From contig CM039005.1 of assembly GCA_017499595.2 (NCBI GenBank), positions 1,674,001 to 1,738,000 of the forward strand: a stretch of 64,000 nucleotides of DNA, in the 5' to 3' direction. The stretch is from Psilocybe cubensis. Taxonomy: Eukaryota. Positions 40,309-54,356 of the stretch are shown here, piece by piece (position 1 is the stretch's first letter; every line of letters begins with the position of its first letter). A model generated the notes under the pieces. The model did not search any database, was not told the DNA's origin, and saw nothing but the letters and a program-made list of their open reading frames with translations. Both the position numbers and the translations under genes were made by a program.

Positions 40309-43300
40309 CTAGACGCCGTCGTTATCTTGACCAGGATCACCGTTGGGGTTTTGGGATCCACTTCCACCTGGTTGATTGGGATTGCCCGGTTGGAACATTC
40401 TACTTTGACGATATCCGCCCCAGTTGAATGTCTGTCGTCCACAGTCATCGGGAGGATTTAAAACAAGCTGCCCACGAGTGGAGCCTGTATAGGTGTCGAG
40501 AGTCATGATTCCATTGTTGATCATGTAATTTCCGAAACGAGTCATAAGCGCTGCCCACTCATTCAAATGGTTGTCGTTGTCGTTGTCGTCTCCCGGGTAC
40601 CAGAAAAGATCGTTTTGATTACCACAGTTTAGAACTCGGGCGCGACGATTGCGATTGGGATCCTGATTGTCAACTCGCCCACGTCCGTTATTTCCCCGTC
40701 TAAATTGACCGTGGAAAGCGACGACGGCATGTATACCTGGTGCAGCGCCATGAGTAGCCGTTGCCTGTCTAATGTGATCGGTGTGGAAGTGGAAAACGAC
40801 ATAACGATCCGGATTAGTGTGTGCATCGGAAGGATTTTCGTCTTGGAAATTAGAGTTAATTCCTCCTGCCCCACTTCCAGAGGGTAGATTCCAGACGACT
40901 GATTGCGCCTCCGTTAATCAAACACATATACTATGAAGTCTGAGAAACATACCTTCAAGGATGGTTTCTTCAGATCCAGATCCTGTTGCAAGAATCATCT
41001 GCTCATATTCAATGGTCATTTGACCGTTCAGAATGGCCTCCACCATGAAACCTTATGCAATAATTTAGCTCGACAAAGAGTACAGAGTGGTAATTACTCA
41101 CCCCACGATGGTTCTCCGTCGGGCCCTGTGTTGGTTGTGTGTTCACTGTCACCCAGGTTCCTCGAAAGTAAGGAAGCCTTCTCCGATGCTGTCGAGCTGA
41201 CATTGTCAATGTTCTCAAAGCTGGTAAAGCCTCTATGCCAGAAGTCGGATGCACTCGTATCTCGTCTGCTGACCAGGTTACAGGAATTGGTGCAAACTTG
41301 GGTTCGGCTGCTATGATAGTCGGCTAAGAAGTTGATTGCATCATTCCCCATGCAAAGCAAGCTCTCCGATAGCGAAAGTTGATCCATATTTGGCCTTTAT
41401 AAATTCATGAGCATTAAGTCATTTCGTCAATAGTTGTTTATGTCAACGCACCAGTCGCCAAAGTATGAGGATATATTCGAAACAAACAGTCCATGACTCG
41501 CACCGTAGATTGTATCAAAGGCAGATTCCATTAGGTTCTGTTGATAGGTTTGACCATTTCCAGAAACGAGCTGCGTGAGCTGCTGGAGAGTTTGAGCCAT
41601 ATCAGCGTTGCTCAGTGTCGTCCGCTTGTCGAGGCGGGAGAGAATATCATCGATCTCTCTAGAGTATTGTATCTGTCCAACTTTGCAGGTTGCATCAGAT
41701 GAAAACGCCTGGATTCGCTTTGTGAAATCAGCGACTAAAGGATCATTCTAATAACCAACCATAAGCTCAAAAAACTTGTAGCAACAACGATTGGCTTACT
41801 GTAGTTGTAGGGTTGTCGCAACAGAACGCGCCATAACCTTTAGTTGATGCAACTTGTGAGAAATTTAAACGATATCGGTTCAAGGGATATACGAACCGCT
41901 CCAGCAGCCAGTAGGATCGGTTGCGATAACCGACTTTCCGGCTGGACATGTTCCAGTACAGACAAATGGAATCTGACCCAAGAATTTTCCACCATGGTAA
42001 TACCAGTCGCAATTCTCGTATGGAGGAGGTTGGTCGCAGCAGAATGACTGCGTTCGATGTTGTTGTCAGATGGGATACGGTAGCAGTTACTCTGCAACTC
42101 ACCTTGTCACCAATCGCACACGGTTGCTCACCTCCAGCGCCATAATTACTGTTCGTGAGGGCCTTTTGACCATCAGGGCATCCAGCCTGGCTGAATGGAG
42201 CAGAACAAATAGGCGCGCTTCCAGACCAATGGCACTCCGATACAGCCTGATCCGAAGCCGTCTTGAGGCAGCAGAGGACCTTATGTCCTGTCCAACATTC
42301 CGCGCCAGTTCCAGTGGTAGATGATGTAACTTCAACTTCGCCATCATGACATTTCCCGTTACAGAATGGCGCACCACCTCGCCATGTGCAAGTTGGCATG
42401 TCGTTGCTTGGGCAGCAATACAGTCGCATATCGTCGCCTGAACAGCCGGTGTTGGTCCCAGTGTTACCCCTATTCTTACCGTCGCTGCGCTGCGCAGGGC
42501 TTAACCCCGCAGGGCATGATTTACCACATTCGCCGAGCTGGCACGAGGTAATGGGGTCAGATTGTTTTGTTGCTAGAAGCGATAAAGCTTGTCGTCCAGT
42601 TGACTTGGACAAAGCACCGGCGGCATTGCCCTTCGCGTCATCCGTAGAAGAGGCCCAAACCATGGTCCCACCGAGACAGTGCGAGTTGGCGTAGTCAATC
42701 TTCATCTTGAAAGTGTCAGAATCGTCATATGATACCCATTGGTTGTTATTATATGTGACCATTTTGACGGCAGCTTTAGTATCGGTCGCGACATGGGCGC
42801 CTGCTGCGACAAGGCGTTGAATTTCGGCGAACGAGAGGGTTCCGACGGATTGGGTACATGTGCCAGCATCTCCCCCAGAAGTGAAGACACAACCAGGGGT
42901 ATTACAGCTAGGATCAGCGAGGGTAAACGAACGACCATAGAATCCAAGTCCCAGTACGACGTTGTCTGGGTTAATTTTGTTACGCCAGAGGAGAGACAAG
43001 GCTTCATCAATTTCCGTAAGATTGGTGTGGGCAGCAATGTACGGTCCCAAAAATTTGTTTGTCGAATCCCAAGTACCGTGAAGGTCATAAGACATGAGGT
43101 TGAACCAATCGATCGTCTTCTCAATGTTCACGATATCAAAGTGTTGGAGGTACCAAAACGACGATGGAATCTGAGAAAGCAGTTATTATCAGCATTGCAA
43201 CATGAGTGGAAAGGAAGTTAACGTACTGTGATCGTAAGTCCATAATTGTGCCCCGTCGAATGAAGGGCATTTCTAAGGTTCTGCAGGAAGGTGACATAGT

Positions 43301-44181
43301 TTTTGTAATCGTCGGGCTTTCCAGAGCGTTCTGGAGCTACGGGATACTCCCTACAATGATAATGAAGTTAGGAAGCAGCGGATCATACTTGAGAAAGAGA
43401 AACTAACCAATCAATGTCGACACCGTCGAAGCCGTATGTCTCCAAGAATGACAATACCGATGCAAAGAACTTGGACTGTGCATCACTCGACCCAGCAAGG
43501 TCAGAGAAAGTAGTAGCAGTAGGTTGGTCTGGATCATTCATGGACCACCCGCCAATCGAAATCCAGGTTTGAAGTCCCGGATTGGTATTTTTAAGTGCCG
43601 TAAAGCGCTTGTACAAAGCAGGGTCGGCGTCGCTCATCGGTGATAAAGCAAATGTGGTTGGGTTCTGCATTGGGAATTTTAACACAAGTTTTCATGATTA
43701 CAGAATGCAAGACACTTACGACGAAAGCAAAAGCAAAGTTCAGATGGGTGTACGAGCCAATTGGAATGCTTTCTGGATACATCTTGTCGCATGGACGAGT
43801 AACACTCCAAGCTTCATAATACCCAATGGTCCGTTTTGAAGAGCTAGATCCGCCAGAGCAAGAAGGGGCAGTTACCGTGGCATTTCCACAAAAGTCTGAT
43901 GTTGTCCCGCAGAATCCGAATTTTGAGCAGCAAACTTTTAGGGGACATTCCTCAGCGTTGGACCACTGCGCACCCCAACCGGGATCACAGTCAGACTTGC
44001 GATCGCAGTTGGATATGCAGTTCTCTGGTCCACAGGAGTCTGGGCCTAAGCCACAGGAGCCAAACTTTGTGCAACATCCAATTTCGCAAGGTTGGGTGGG
44101 ACTGCAAGTGAATTGTGCCGACGTGGCCACACTTAAAAGGAGTGCCGTCAGCCAGATTGGTGCACCGAGTGCGAGCTTCAT
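40309..44181 (-). CDS. Killer-toxin-like (subgroup C) GH18 chitinase: signal peptide, 2x CBM18/hevein, GH18, Cys-rich repeats, uncharacterised C-terminal domain
   Basis: CSPTQPCEIGCCTKFGSCG and CPLKVCCSKFGFCG (CBM18); YTHLNFAFA, ISIGGW, FDGVDIDW|EYP (intact DxDxE), NLMSYDLHG; spliced reading continues to the stop at 40309. Confidence 0.93.
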
Positions 44182-45073
44182 GGTCGACCGCTCTTTGCAA
44201 AATCTGAAGCCTTGGGATTTCGCCGATAGATGGGAGGGTTTGGTCGGCTTTCGATAAACTCATGGCCAGTGATATGTTGTAGTTTATAAGTTGCTATCAT
44301 TTCGGATTGAAAAGGTCGTAAGCTGGCTTTAGTTTGCATCTCGTCATCATGTAGACCGTCCTAAGATCTCGCACGCGACGTAATATGAAAATAACGGAGA
44401 GTACGTTGGATGAACATGTGAACGATATTTTGGGTGTTGTGTAGTATAGATCATGGTTGAGTTGACAGGAACAGGTAACGCTAATGTCACTAAACTGATC
44501 AAATTCGGCTTATAGCGGGCATATCCGTTGGCCGAACGGTTCTAAAATGACGCTCTACACGCGCTTATCATGATGTGCAACGCGAGACTCGTGGCAACTT
44601 CCAATCAACCACGACAACTATCATCTTGCAACTGCAAACTTGCGATGTATCGAGTAACTTCACGTCATGGTTGATGTGAAAATCTCTGGTCTGTGTCTAT
44701 TCTTCAGCGCTGAGCCGTTAAAACCCAAGATCCGATATCATATGTCCAAGTTTCAGACCTTCAGTAGACCGTTTTTGCCGACTGTATGACATGTTCTGGA
44801 TCTGGAATTAATCTGTAGGAGCTTTTATGTGTTCTAAAGTTACTAATCGTGCCTTCCATTGCTACTTGCAACATTACACTATGTCAATATGTTATCTCAG
44901 GATCCATTTTCTGATTCATTGACCGATTTCATCACGGATGCACAAGTGTATTTGCGACAACACTTACCCAATTTCTTTCTTACCACTTTGGGATCCCGAT
45001 AACCGTATGTATTGTGAACCTTTTTTTTTGCACACTCCATTCATCCCCCACTTTGCGTCGCGCCGGTAGTATC

Positions 45074-47247
45074 ATGTTTACTCGACTGGCCTACCCTCTG
45101 GCCTTTTCATGGATTCTGCCCCGTGTCCATGCCCAGTTCAATCTATTCGTTGATGGAACGCAGGCCGTCTCAGATATCTCACAAGGTTGCACCACAGCTC
45201 TAAACGCGACCATTAATTGCGATCCATATCTACAACAGCTGGTGTCAGACGATTATTATGGCAGTCTCAACAACGCGACCCTTCAAAATTCCGTTTGTGC
45301 AGCGTCATGTGGTATCTCTTTGAAGTCCTATCATAACACGGTTGCTTCTGCTTGTGCCAATGATCCCCAGCCTTGGGATGGTGTACCAGCCGTTTGGGCG
45401 GGAGACGTTATATGGGCGGCCTACAATCAGACATGTTTGAAAGATCCCACCACCGGAGCGTATTGTGTCGGTAAATAACTCTTCATACTCCACATCTCTA
45501 TTTTTTTGCTTTCCTAAACTCATATCGGGTTGCATAGACCAAATAGCTTCTAGTGGTGATACTGATCAAGATATTCTTGCGCTACCCCAGACCCAGTTAT
45601 GTTCCCCTTGCACCCTAGCTCTCATAAAAGTCATGCAAAGCACTCCATTCTCCAACTACGATAGCTCATACGCCCAGAAGTATGCCCAAATTCAATCTAT
45701 CTGCAACACTGGACCTCTTCCAACTGGAGCCCAACCTCCTGCCACCAATATCACTGCCCTTCCAGGAGTTGCATCCGGCAATCCAGCTAGTTCTACCTGT
45801 CTTTCTGGCAATCATTATACTGTTCAGGCTGGAGATGATCCCCAGGCAATTGCAGTCGCACATGGCGTTCCTACTGGACCTCTGAAAACCCTCAATGGAA
45901 TCTTCCCTGACGGCACTAACCTATTCGCCGGCCAAGATTTGTACGTACTCAAATTACCGTCTATGTAATGGTAATCTTTGACAATGACATTTTCTGCGAT
46001 TAGATGTCTACCTAGGACGTGTCCTATCTATCTAGTACAGGCGAATGACAACTGTGCCGCTGTCGCTTCGGCACATGGCCTCACCTTCGCACAGCTGGTT
46101 AGCTACAACCCATCGATAAACCAGGACTGCTCTAACCTTGTTTCAAATACCAATATATGTGTCGGGCCTTCTGGAGCCGAATATACCCCTACAACGATAC
46201 CTGGGGCTACTTCAACCACTTCAGGCTTTGCAATCTCCACCGTAGCCCCTCCTGGTGCCACGCCCTTCGGAACCACCCCGGAGTGCGGTAAATTCTATCA
46301 GGTCAACAGTGGAGATAACTGCCAACAAATCTCCCTTAACAACAGTATCAATGTCGATCTTTTCGAACAGATTAACCCATCGATTAATTCGGGGTGCACC
46401 AATTTGACTCCTGGTTTGTATTATTGTGTCTGGCCGCTCTCGGACTGGAATGCCACAATCACCACAACCTCCACCATTGCAACCCCTCCAGGGCCAACAC
46501 CTTCTGGCAGCACGCCCAACTGTTACCAATGGTAAGCTAGCATGCCTATCACATGGACTCCCGCTAATGTATTGAACCTACCTACATCTTCTATTTTCTT
46601 GTAAAGGCATACTATTGTTTCAGGAGACACTTGTTCAGTATTAGAAGCATCCTTCGGCATTACCATGGCTCAACTACAAACCTGGAACCCCCAGCTTAAC
46701 AATGACTGCACTAACCTTTTACTAGGCGAAGCGTAAGTTTTTCATATATGCCGGAGTTAATATTCAATTTCGGGGCTATCTGACCCTGATCCATCGGCAG
46801 CTATTGCGTTAATGGCGCAGCTCCGGGATCGTCAATCACTTCCACCCCGGCGTCTAGCACACCAACAGTCACACCGACCTCAACCCCAACGTCAACCGCT
46901 ACCGGTTCAGCCACCCCGCCAGGCCCCACGCAGGCCGGAATTGCAAGCAACTGCGATAAATACGTTCTTCAACAAGATGGTAAGTGTTGCGGTCTCTTTT
47001 AAACTCCGGGCGCTTATCAATTGACGCCGTGGGCTGTTCGATGACTTCAGGCATCTTCTGCTTTGACATGGCCAACAATGCAGGTATAACGCTGGACCAA
47101 CTGTACGCATGGAACCCTGCGTTGAATGGGGATTGTTCGGGCCTGTGGGAAGGCTATGCGTATTGCATCGGAGTGTCTTCGACGTCAGCAGCTCACAGAC
47201 GCCGTCACCAGCAGCGAGCAGTAGAACATGCTGCTGTACATTACTAA
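45074..47247 (+). CDS. Secreted LysM (CBM50) protein with N-terminal Cys-rich domain and 5 LysM repeats
   Basis: Signal peptide; LysM repeats YTVQAGDD, YLVQANDNC...YNPSI, FYQVNSGDNC...INPSI, HTIVSGDTC...WNPQL, YVLQQDGIFC...WNPAL; Thr/Pro linkers. Confidence 0.95.
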
Positions 47248-48115
47248 GATACACATATCTCTTTCCAAGTAAGAAACAACTCTCGGCCTTCAAAACTTAT
47301 CTTTATTTTAGTGTCTTAATTTGAATCCACTTCTCTATCTTGGATATACATTGGATTCTTGAAGTACATTGCTGCGATAACGTATGGTGTTAAGGCTAGA
47401 CATTAATATTCTCTGAGTTGGCTTTGTCAAGGCATTCAGCTCACTCCAAAGTATACCTGCATTTTGAATGTTGACATCGGCAAAATGTGAGAAGCGATGC
47501 CTTCCATCAGAGTTCTATCAGAACGTCGTTATCATTCTGGTAGGATCCTTGTCATTGGAGCCTTATCAGGGTTTTATCAGTTAAGGACGATTACTTCTAT
47601 GTAGCAATTCTATCAAACACTTCCGGTTACAAGGAGGGATGTTGAACTACATGAACCTGATTCACAGGAAGGATCTCTAAAAACAAATGCTAAGCTAATA
47701 TTATTATATATTATAGCATGTACTAATATCACTATTATAATAACAATAATTTGGCATCGAGAAATGTGAGTCTACGATTATACAAAAGCGAAAGCAAAAC
47801 TTCGCTAGGAATAAAATGAAAAATAATTTCCAAAACAGTGACAAAATAGAAAAATGAATAAAAGGCACGCGGATGCCATGAAAGGCCGGGGACGGAATAG
47901 CTGAGGGATGTCACCGCTAAAAGAATTGCATTCCATGCTGGGATGACCTCCCTGAGAAAGTCATCTGAAAGTAAGTACGATAGAGGTTGCGCCTGTGGTT
48001 GGAACTTGGTTCCTGTTGTGTAAAATCAATCTGAAATGGTGACATCTTCGAAGCGAGGAAGGCTCTCAGCAGACCGGTCGAGGGCCAAATAAAACAGGTA
48101 TAGGCGTTAAACTCT

Positions 48116-50238
48116 TCAGAGCTTTAAAATCTCGTCAGTATGCTAATAGAGTGCGTGTTAACTTCATAATTACGTATGTAGTAGATGAGAATCTTACCAA
48201 TGGCACAAGACTTGAGAGCTATAGATGTTGCAGTCAACGAAAGAATATACGGGTAGATCATCTTAACCGACCTTGGGGTCGGATATAACTTTACACATCT
48301 CCCGCTTTCTCTGATGAGGAGCTAAACACCGACTATGTCCCCTGAGGCTGCAACTAAGCTCGTGGCACTTGGTCTTATTAATGAAGTCGTCCATTTTCGC
48401 TTTTTGGGACTTTTGTGCCTCGTAGATTGCACTCCTTTGAAAATATTTCACATTGGTATCACACATTCTGCATGGTATTATTGAACGAACCTTGCAGCTT
48501 CCATTATTTGTGCATACGTGGGTGTCCTGTTCTCTTTCAGAAGCGCGACGATTGCCTAATGGTATGTCATGATTATTGAGCAATAGGGGACCCCTATCGT
48601 TGCTGCACGTACGGTTGTCATTGTACCTCCATCTGGTCCTTCTACGGATTGTTGAGAATCGTCGCAAGCAGAGATGGATATCTACCGCGCCAGTCATTGA
48701 GTCAGAACTTTGACGCGGAGGCCCCAAAGTAGTCATAGAGCGTACCACTTGACAACGTCTTCCACGGACTCGACGACAAAAGCCATTACATTTGGTCATT
48801 TTCGCTTCTTTAGGTTTCTTCGGCGACCTAGATGCAATATCCTTTGAACGGCTGTGATTTTTTTTGGCGGCAATCAATAGCAATCGGGAAGTTTTTACTC
48901 GCTGCTTGACTCTGTTCTTCTGCTGGGATAGAGGTTCGGTTATCACTGAGAGCAAAAAAGGTGCTAAGTATGAATTCTCTACGAGCCACGAGCTACGTGC
49001 ACATACCTTTTCGAAGTCCATTCTGAACTAGAGCAAGATAAATTGTACGTATAATTGACGATATTCATTATCAATTCTCACCAAAGCCCCTCCATCCACC
49101 AATGTGATTGCAACGTTGATGCTCAAGGTCTGTAGGATAACTTTGAGAAATGTTTCATAGATAAACTTGCCAAGGTGAGGCCTACTGAGTAGAGTCCCTG
49201 AGTGGCATGTATCGAAGAGGGCCTATAATCCAATGTTATTTTTGCAACAGACCACCAATTCAGATTAGTCCAGCTTACAGTGAGACGGGAGTGCTTGGGA
49301 AGGCAATTTACAAGATGCTCTCTCAAAGTCTATATACAATAATTATGAGCATGAGTTATGGCAGGAACAGTCCCACTGACCTTGTCGGTAATGATCCGTT
49401 CGTGATTAATGTCGGTAATGGTCCATCCATGATTCAGATACTGTACACGACATGCATCACTTGGAATAAGGACTGAAAGCGTTGATGAGTACATTTTTCC
49501 AACTACGTCGTTCTGTAGATAATGGGAAATCCGTACATTCTTCCTGGCCGTCTTCTTCTACTCCAGCAAAATCATCACGATGGAATGAATGACCTGAGTC
49601 TGTGTTCATTGTCAAAAGGATGTTTCGAACTAGATCAAAGGCAAGACATACACGCGAAGAAAAAATCGGCGTTCGAGTTGTCAGTCATACAGTTCTTTAA
49701 TTCCCTCATCTGCAAAATAGATATTACAAATGGATGTTGTGAACGGCATAAAAAGACATACGATGTTGTCGTGCGTGGGAAGCAGTTCTGTCGGTGTTCC
49801 TTGCCTATCACTTAGAATAATAAATTTCGTGTAATTAAAATCATCTGCAGTAGAGCATTAAGCCTGCTGCACTACAAAAGAATGAAAATATAACTTACTC
49901 CTCAATAAGTCCTCTAATAAGTGTATGTCTTTATGTGAACCTGTCAGCTCATATCTTCCGTCGCCACGCAAATAGCCAATGCCAATGAGAAAAGCGATTT
50001 TTTCCTTGTCGCGATGTCGGAACCTGGCCTAGATAGAACGTGTCAATATGTATAATTGTAAAGAAAACGAGAAAGAGTCGGTGCTTACTAGTGTGCGCAA
50101 ATACAAACGAAGTTTGCGAAACACTTTCGCGGTGCGTGCTGTCTGTGATACCAGCGGGACGGTGTCGGATGAGGGAGACAATGTTTGCTGCAAATCAGGA
50201 TCTTCGAGAGGCACATAATAACTGGGTGCTGTGGACAT
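48116..50238 (-). CDS. Metacaspase (peptidase C14) no. 1, multi-exon
   Basis: Spliced: KIAFLIGIGY...LTGSHKDI; PTHDNI|MREL...FFFAYSGHS; EEDGQEEFLIPSD; ALFDTCHSGTLL; ISISACDDSQQS; LSSLVPL. TATAAAA at ~50287-50293. Confidence 0.88.
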
Positions 50239-51349
50239 GTTCCCCACTGTTGTAGGGCGGGGAACCCCCAGTGCGTTTGACAGGCTTTTTATATTCTGCA
50301 CCAGTGAGGCTGTGATATTAGTATATATCCTTCATAATTAACAGCCCCCCTCCTCCCTGGGCCATGATGACCTTGGCGCATGTGTTTGGTGATTTTCTAC
50401 CTTTGGTCCGACATTTTTATGAGGGGAAGAATTTGGATGCGTGCCAATCGACGACTGCGAACAAGTTTCGAGTATCGCGATCGTATCAGTTGGAATCAGT
50501 ATTCTTCATTTTCGTCTGCGGCCCGGTGGCTGAAAATCAGTCGCCGGTTATGTGAGAAGGATCCCCCGAAGTAACGATTCACGACTTTATACAGCACTTA
50601 TGGCAGATCGAAATAAAAGATAGGCATACTCATCACCAAATGGTGTGATTTTGTAGTAGCAAAACAGACTGGAGCGACGGCTATTCAGTTGCGAAAACTA
50701 CATATAAGGATTGTACAATAACTATCTACGAATGTATATCAGATTAACAGTTATTACGCGAAAGTAAAGTAATAGGGATAGAGGTTGAACAAGACCATAA
50801 ACGTAAGGGCTACGTAGTTTATTTCTTGTCAATGAAATGTATGCACAGAGTACCACGGCAAAACAAAAAAAAAGCAGGGAAAATATCGGATTTTTCCAAC
50901 CGCACACAAAGAAATAGGATCAACCGAAATGACCGACCGGAATGAACAAGGAAAAGGCATATGGGTAACCTTCACCTCTGATATACAATTTCTCGGAGCC
51001 GCGCAGACTTGATGATTTTCGGTAATGGAAAGGACAATCAGGAAACTGCAAGGAGACTGCATATGAGGCGTAATTAAGCACTGCCGACCTGAAAACAAAA
51101 TGACCTTACCTCGCGCATGGGACTATTGTCCCATGTCCCACATCGGCAGTAGTGCATTCGTAGATGTGTTGCCGAGCTCATGAATGGGCTGGTCAATCAA
51201 GGTGGACCTACTCTGTTATGGACAGACAGTCGAATCATTTCGAGTCAGAAATGATCTGTGATGCAAATGCAGTGCAAACAAATTTGGGTATGCAGGGGGT
51301 CATATTAAGAAACCGGTCCATGTTTGCTTGAAACACCAAAAAACAGTGT

Positions 51350-53703
51350 TTATGGAGCAAAGAGTCGTGTCATGTCCTGAATTTTTGGCTAATCATCAGT
51401 ATACGGATACTTGGATAAAGTTCAGAAAAAAGCTTACAAGTGGAAGGTCACTGGAAAGCTAATTGAATGATGCCACCCAAAAGAACAAAAAGTTGTTTTA
51501 GCATCACGCTTCAAACATGAAGAAATGGCAAGACCACTTTTGTCAGAATGCTAACCTGAGGATTTTGAAAATTATTCATCTCCACCGGATCACCCTCCCT
51601 GGGCTTCTTCCCCTTTTTACGCATTTTTTCATTTGCTATCCTGACGGCTTTCTTATACTCTCGAGCTCGGTCATGCAAATCCACATAAAAAGCGTGGATG
51701 TCGTGACTGAGAATAAGAAACACGATAAATATGATATATTCTACATCGTTGAAAAAGTTGAAAGATGCACCTAACAAGCGTCATTAGGTCCGCTAACGTA
51801 GGATGGGGATCTTTCCCTAGACACAGCATCAGCCAAGGCCGCCTACAGAGCATACGAGGATTTGCTTACTCAATATGTTAACGAGAACTTGTGTCATCGA
51901 CGTGCCGTTCCTGTCTTCCCAAGACTTCTGGCCATCTTTCGCGGAAGAAATAGAGATCTGATGTCATTAAGAGGAGAAATTTTCACAAGTAAGCCAGCTG
52001 TTCTAGGTGGGAGAGCACGAGGACATACGACGTCCGCTTGCACAGCGCTTTCGTCATGAAGTGCATGCTGTCTACAGTAGCCAGTGCAGTACATTGCTAC
52101 CGGTGAAGAACATTCCTGCCGAACGGTGGGAGAGTCTATCCAGAATTTAGAGGCGGATGTCGACACCAGGTCCGTGGTGATGGACAACTTGGATTTGACG
52201 TGCCCAGCTGTACCCGGATTGGGTGTTCCTTCATGTATTGATATAGAGTCTGTAGGCGAAATAAGAACTTTATCGATGGACGAGTGCGCCCAAGCTTGCG
52301 CCTTTAGCCGCGTTATAGCATTTGGCATTGAAATCTCTAGAAAAAGGGACGCGAAAAACGCGAATTGTCTGTTAGAACAAGGATGGGCAATCAGTTGTCC
52401 TAAAAGCTCACTTGCTCGCTGACGTTCTTCAAAAAGATCAATGGGTAATGTGAGCTGATCATTCCTCTCCCTCAAGATGTAAAGGGTGAACTCACTATTA
52501 CTATTCAACAGGGTGGCCGTCTTTCGAGTTCCTTTGTTTATCCAGGGCACATAGACGCGATTACATCTGAAATGCTTCAGGTCTGCTCAAAGGTAATCAG
52601 TACCGTTGTCCGCGTTGGAAGTTGGACTTCAGTTTCTTCCGAAGTACAGACCCATACATACCAAGCAAAGAGCCTGAGTGACATGAGTCAAAGACAGCCT
52701 AGCGGCATAATTAAGAAGGATCCACATTTACAAAAGGCCGTGCTCACAATCAAAGATGTTTTTGGTGGTAGTGGGTCAACGAGTGTTTCTTTTAGTATCT
52801 GGAAATATCTCGACTGAGCAAGGGAATGGTAGTTGGACAACAGCACCCAATCTTACATCGTCCTTAATTCTCTTGCCGTCAGAGGTCTCGATGACTATGT
52901 AGTCAAGATTATATTTCTCCGCATGATATATGTGATAATCAATCCGACTTACATTCGTTCTTGCGATCTTCTTCGGAAATATCTTCTGTATCTTCCTGTA
53001 CCGAGTGACCAGAGACTAAGCACAGAAGATGTGTTAGACGTTGCAAAGAGGATTACGACATCTCGAAACACTAACAATGGAAGAAAAAGCGATCTCCCTC
53101 TTGAGCTCCCTCCACTAATTTTTTCATTTCATACATCTTATGTCCGGATTAGACAGGTTAAATACATCAAGGTTTGTTGAACCATCACATACAATGTTCT
53201 CTTGGGTAGGTTGTTTATGACCTGGTAAGTCATTATCTATGAGGATTACAATATCCTCGGGTTTATAATCATAAACCTCTGATACAAGCGAAGAGCGTTT
53301 GAGTACTAGGCTACCAAGAAAAGCAAAAGGTGCCCTGTTACGCACCTATCAAAAGCTTCCGAAGAGCTTCAACGTCTCTATGAGGCCCTTTCAGCAAACT
53401 CTGTTTCATGGACTTCTTCTCCTGCATCTTCGTCTTCATCCTCTTCAACCCCGTCACCGCAAAGTTGTCTGATCTATTGAACCTGGCCGACAACGGCGAC
53501 AAAGGCCCCGGAGACGCCGGGGATAATGGAGGCTGGTCTCGCACTTCCTGACACCCAATCAACAACGCCTTCTTCCGCGGTGTCTTCACAGCGGGAGCAG
53601 GATTAGCGACGGCCTGTTCTGCAACAGCTGTGGCTGCCAATACTGCCGCCTCAACTGCCTGTCTCCGTCCTTGAGGCCACAAACGACTTCTGATGATCTT
53701 CAT
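51350..53703 (-). CDS. Metacaspase (peptidase C14) no. 2, multi-exon
   Basis: RKKALLIG...LKGPHRDV; PTQENI; GAQEGDRFFFHFSGHS; AVFDSCHSGSLL|DLKHFRCNRVYVPW; FQNPQ|LSSDLPL|DM. Confidence 0.9.
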
Positions 53704-54356
53704 GCCAGCGTTGCCTTGGGAAGACTCGAATCAACGAGGAGATTGTCGCGAAGGGTGCTGGCAAAGGACCGGCATATAAGGAGGGGAATCAAGCTGCATA
53801 TCATAGCAGAGTCAGCGTTTATATCAGAGATGGGCGCTACGCCCTATGGTTCGCGAGAAGCAAGGCTGTGACAAATTCAACATACATACGGTGTTTCAAT
53901 GAGATCAACGAGACGGGTTTGCGTCGTCAAGCTATGCCACTGGCAGCGATACTGTGCTTATAGATTAAGCCTTGGAGCTGATATACGGTGAACGTGCGTT
54001 CGTCTTTATGAGGTTTTTAAGCGCTTGAATTTTGATGATAAGAAAGGAGCTGGGGACGGAGTAAGCATCGGTAAGCATCCAATATATCAAAGTTGCCCCT
54101 AGAAGTGGCAATTCAACAACCGATGTCATCGGAGAAACAAGTTGTCCGTTGATCATTAGGATTCACTGAGGCCACTCCAGACCCAACGACTATCTTTAAC
54201 AAAAATTCACCCATGAAGCAGACCAATGACTGGAGCATGGACATATGAATTCACACTCATGTATGGAACCGAATGGAATATTCAACCACCAATTGAGTAC
54301 ATGTAAAACAAACCGACGAGACCTTACATAGCAATTCAAAGCCATGCATTATAGGT

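Noticed and set aside
42070-44257. Plus-strand ORFs overlapping the chitinase
   Set aside because: Antisense shadows of a strongly coding minus-strand gene.
48263-49021. 252-aa ORF as a standalone basic protein
   Set aside because: It is read-through of several exons and introns of metacaspase 1.
51894-52550. 218-aa ORF as a standalone gene
   Set aside because: It is the linker region of metacaspase 2, including introns.
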